A stretch of DNA of 64,000 nt from assembly GCA_965200895.1 (NCBI GenBank), contig CBDAVM010000002.1, positions 542,315-606,314 on the forward strand, in the 5' to 3' direction. The notes under the pieces are model-generated. The model did no database searches, was not told where the DNA came from, and was given only the letters and a program-made list of their open reading frames with translations. Positions 60,998 through 64,000 of this stretch are shown one piece after another; the first letter of the stretch is position 1, and every line of letters starts with the position of its first letter. The translations under genes were made by a program, and so were the position numbers. Source of the stretch: Vicinamibacterales bacterium. Lineage in GTDB: Bacteria > Acidobacteriota > Vicinamibacteria > Vicinamibacterales > UBA8438.

Positions 60998-63900
60998 CTA
61001 GTGGAAGTCCCGGCTGCCGACCGCATTCGGCCCCGCGTCGAGCTCGGGGCGCCACAGCGTGTCGGCGACAAGGTGGACGACGCCGCCCGCCCGCTGGATG
61101 CTGCCGGTCACGCCGAGGAACGATGCGGTTCTCGCGATCAGCGCATGCGCATCGAACACCCGGCTCCACACGACCAGGTTCACGAACCCGGTCTCGTCCT
61201 CGAGCGTCATGAACACCACCCCGCCCGCGGTTCCGGGGCGCTGGCGGCAGATGACGAGGCCGGCGTAACGCGTCTTCCGCCCGTCGCACATCGCCGAGAC
61301 GGTGCGGGCGTCGGGAAGGCCGCGGGCCTTCAGGCAGTCCCGCAGGGCGGCGAGGGGATGGCCGCGCGGGCTGTGTGCGCTGGTGCGGTAGTCCCATGCG
61401 ATGGTCTCGCCCCGGTCCAGGTCGTCGAACGCCGGGGTCTCGTCCCCCGCCGCCCCGGCCGGCAGGACCGGCGCGCGCGCACGGACGAGGCCGCGGACCT
61501 GCCAGAGCGCGTCGCGGCGCCGCGCCTCGAGACCGGCCAGCGCCCCCGCCTCGGCGAGACGGCTCGACACCCGCTCGTCGAGACCGGTCCGGGCCACAAA
61601 GTCGGCGACCGAGTCGAACGGCGCCCTCCCCCGCGCGGCCTTGATGCAGGCCCAGTCGCGCGATTCGGACAGCCCCTTGACGTACCGCAGCCCCATCCGC
61701 ACCGCGAAACCGGGCGTCGGCGCCGAAGCACGGCGCCGCATCCGCGGGAGACGCAGGCTCCCGGAGGCGTGGTCGAGCGAGCGCGGCAAGGCGTCGGGGG
61801 GCGGACTCGACGGCATCGGTCCCGACGACCCGCCCGAACCGACCGCCCCCGGGGCCGAGGACCGCGTCTCGTTCGTCGGCTCCAGGGTGCAGTCCCAGTC
61901 ACTGCGCGTGACGTCGATGGGGCGCACGTCGACGCCGCGCCGCCGGGCGTCGTCGACGATGGTGGCCGGCGCGTAGAACCCCATCGGCTGCGCATTGAGC
62001 AGCGCGCAGGTGAAGACGTCGGGATAGTGGCGCCGGAGCCAGGACGTGGCGTAGGCGATCAGCGCGAAGCTGGCCGCGTGGCTCTCGGGAAATCCGTACT
62101 CCCCGAAGCCGCGAATCTGGTCGAACACCCGCTCGGCGAACTCGGGGGCGATGCCCTTGGCCGTCATCCGGCCGACGAGGCGCTCGCGGTGGCGCTCGAT
62201 CCGCCCGCTGCGCCGCCACGCCGCCATGTCGCGCCGCAACTGGTCCGCCTCGCCGGGGGTGTAGTCGGCGGCGACCATCGCGAGCTGCATCACCTGCTCC
62301 TGGAACAGCGGCACGCCCTTCGTCTTCTCGAGCACCGGCTCGAGGCACGGGTGCGGGTACTCCACCGCCTCCTCCCCGTTGCGCCGCCGCAGGTACGGGT
62401 GCACCATCCCGCCGCTGATGGGCCCCGGCCGGACGATGGACACCTCGATGACGAGGTCGTAGTAGTTGCGCGGCAGCAGCCGCGGCAGCATCGCCATCTG
62501 GGCCCGGCTCTCGATCTGGAAGACGCCGACGGTGTCGCCGCGGCCGATCATCTCGTAGGTGGCCTCGTCCCCTTCGGGAATCGTCGCCATCGACAGCCTG
62601 CGGCCGTAATGCCGCTCCAGCAGGGAAAACGACAGGTCGAGCTGGGTCAGCGCCCCCAGCCCCAGCAGGTCGACCTTGAACAACCCGAGGTCCTCGATGT
62701 CCTCCTTGTCCCACTGGATCACGGTGCGGCCGGGCATGGCCGCGTTCTCGATCGGCACCAGGTCGTGCACCGGCTCGTGGCCGAGAAGAAACCCGCCGGG
62801 GTGGATGGACAGGTGGCGGGGAAAGTCCTGGATGTCGCGGGCGAGCCGCACGAGGTGGCCCGCCGCGGGGCCGTCGCTGTCGAGCCCGTCCCGCACCGTG
62901 TCCCCGTCGACCGGGTCGTAGTGGGACAACCGTCGGGCGAGCCGGTCGACCGCCGTCTCGGGCAGCCCCAACGCCTTGCCCACCTCGCGCACGGCCGAGC
63001 GGGCGCGGTAGCGGACGATGTTGGCGACCATCGCCGCCCGGTCGCGCCCGTACTTCTCGTAGACGAACCGAATCACCTCTTCCCGACGCTCGTGCATGAT
63101 GTCGAGATCGATGTCGGGCGGCTCGGCCCGCTCGCGCGACAGGAAGCGCTCGAACAGCAGATCGACCCGGGTGGGGTCGACGGCGGTGATGCCGAGGCAG
63201 TAGCAGACGGCCGAGTTGGCGGCCGACCCCCGTCCCTGGCAGAGGATGCCGTGGCGGCGGCAGAACTCGACGATCTCCCACATGGTGAGGAAGTAGCCGC
63301 AGTAGTCGAGCTCGTCGATGAGGACCAGCTCCTTGCCGATCTGCTCCCGCACTGCGGCGGGGACGCGGCCGTCGAAGCGCCGGCGCGCCCCCTCCTCGGT
63401 GAGCCGGCGGAGCCAGCCCGACGAGGTGGCGCCGGCGGGGAGGCGCTCGGACGGATAGCGGTAGCGGATGGCGTCGAGCGAGAAGCGGCACCGGGCCGCA
63501 ATCTCGACCGTGCGCGCCACCGCGGCGGGGTCGTCGCGATACAGCGAGGCGACCGCGGCCGGGGCCTTCAGGTCGTGCTCGGCGTTGGCGCGGATGCGGC
63601 GCCCCGCCCGGGCGAGGCTGACGCCGTGCCGGATGCACGTCAGCACGTCCTGGAGGTCCCGGCGCGCCGGGTCGTGGTAGAGCACTTCGGTCGCCGCCGC
63701 CAGGGGCAGACCGATCTGTTGGGCCCGCGTCCGCAGCCACCCTTCCCGGGGCGTCTCGCCGGCGAGGCGGTGGCGCGCCAGCAGCCCGCTGGCCCGGTCG
63801 CCGAAGGCGTCGCGCAGGGCGGCCAGGGCCGGGCGGTCGCGGGCTGCGTCGGCCTCGGCCGCCCAGTGGACGCCGGGCCAGAGAGCCAGCAGCCCGGCGG

Positions 63901-64000
63901 CGTGCCCGCAGACCTCGTCCACGGTGACGCTGCACTCGCCCTTGGCGCGCCGCCGCCGGCCGCGGGTGATGAGCCGGCAGAGGTTGGCGTAGCCGGCGCG
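60998..64000 (-). CDS. dnaE2: Error-prone DNA polymerase DnaE2 (5' end beyond the window)
   Basis: [37 protein letters not shown]-type, [19 protein letters not shown] motifs and the diagnostic C-terminal SRDFH. Confidence 0.95.
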   Translation of the reverse strand, partial: RAGYANLCRLITRGRRRRAKGECSVTVDEVCGHAAGLLALWPGVHWAAEADAARDRPALAALRDAFGDRASGLLARHRLAGETPREGWLRTRAQQIGLPLAAATEVLYHDPARRDLQDVLTCIRHGVSLARAGRRIRANAEHDLKAPAAVASLYRDDPAAVARTVEIAARCRFSLDAIRYRYPSERLPAGATSSGWLRRLTEEGARRRFDGRVPAAVREQIGKELVLIDELDYCGYFLTMWEIVEFCRRHGILCQGRGSAANSAVCYCLGITAVDPTRVDLLFERFLSRERAEPPDIDLDIMHERREEVIRFVYEKYGRDRAAMVANIVRYRARSAVREVGKALGLPETAVDRLARRLSHYDPVDGDTVRDGLDSDGPAAGHLVRLARDIQDFPRHLSIHPGGFLLGHEPVHDLVPIENAAMPGRTVIQWDKEDIEDLGLFKVDLLGLGALTQLDLSFSLLERHYGRRLSMATIPEGDEATYEMIGRGDTVGVFQIESRAQMAMLPRLLPRNYYDLVIEVSIVRPGPISGGMVHPYLRRRNGEEAVEYPHPCLEPVLEKTKGVPLFQEQVMQLAMVAADYTPGEADQLRRDMAAWRRSGRIERHRERLVGRMTAKGIAPEFAERVFDQIRGFGEYGFPESHAASFALIAYATSWLRRHYPDVFTCALLNAQPMGFYAPATIVDDARRRGVDVRPIDVTRSDWDCTLEPTNETRSSAPGAVGSGGSSGPMPSSPPPDALPRSLDHASGSLRLPRMRRRASAPTPGFAVRMGLRYVKGLSESRDWACIKAARGRAPFDSVADFVARTGLDERVSSRLAEAGALAGLEARRRDALWQVRGLVRARAPVLPAGAAGDETPAFDDLDRGETIAWDYRTSAHSPRGHPLAALRDCLKARGLPDARTVSAMCDGRKTRYAGLVICRQRPGTAGGVVFMTLEDETGFVNLVVWSRVFDAHALIARTASFLGVTGSIQRAGGVVHLVADTLWRPELDAGPNAVGSRDFH

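Overview
High-GC bacterial chromosomal window. The gene content (GspG-like pseudopilins, DUF1592/DUF1552 pairs, many secreted MBL-fold, SMP-30 and ankyrin proteins) suggests an Acidobacteriota of the Vicinamibacterales type; this is inference. Housekeeping blocks are: the tail of a type II secretion pseudopilin cluster; a murQ-SSS-serine hydrolase-SSS operon; hom-thrC-TIGR00300-lysC; lactate permease; purA; a comEA-pilin-sigma54 activator module; gcvT-H-P; and part of dnaE2. Accessory content is: two paralogous DUF1592 (diheme c)-DUF1552 (Tat, HxxSHH)-secreted ankyrin triads; a BlaI/M56 pair with three operators; a HEPN/MNT pair; a type II R-M pair; several secreted peptidases and hydrolases; VapC and AAA_14 gene remnants; and a small MITE-like element in two copies. 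The most notable observations are the repeated triad, a candidate Thr/Met leader-peptide attenuator before hom, a catalytically dead ACE-like lipoprotein, a signal-peptide-bearing argininosuccinate-lyase homologue, a sigma54 activator with a non-canonical GAFTGA loop, and a K-channel-like pore with a replaced filter. No rRNA, tRNA or true CRISPR array was recognised. Family assignments come from motif recognition by eye, not from database searches.
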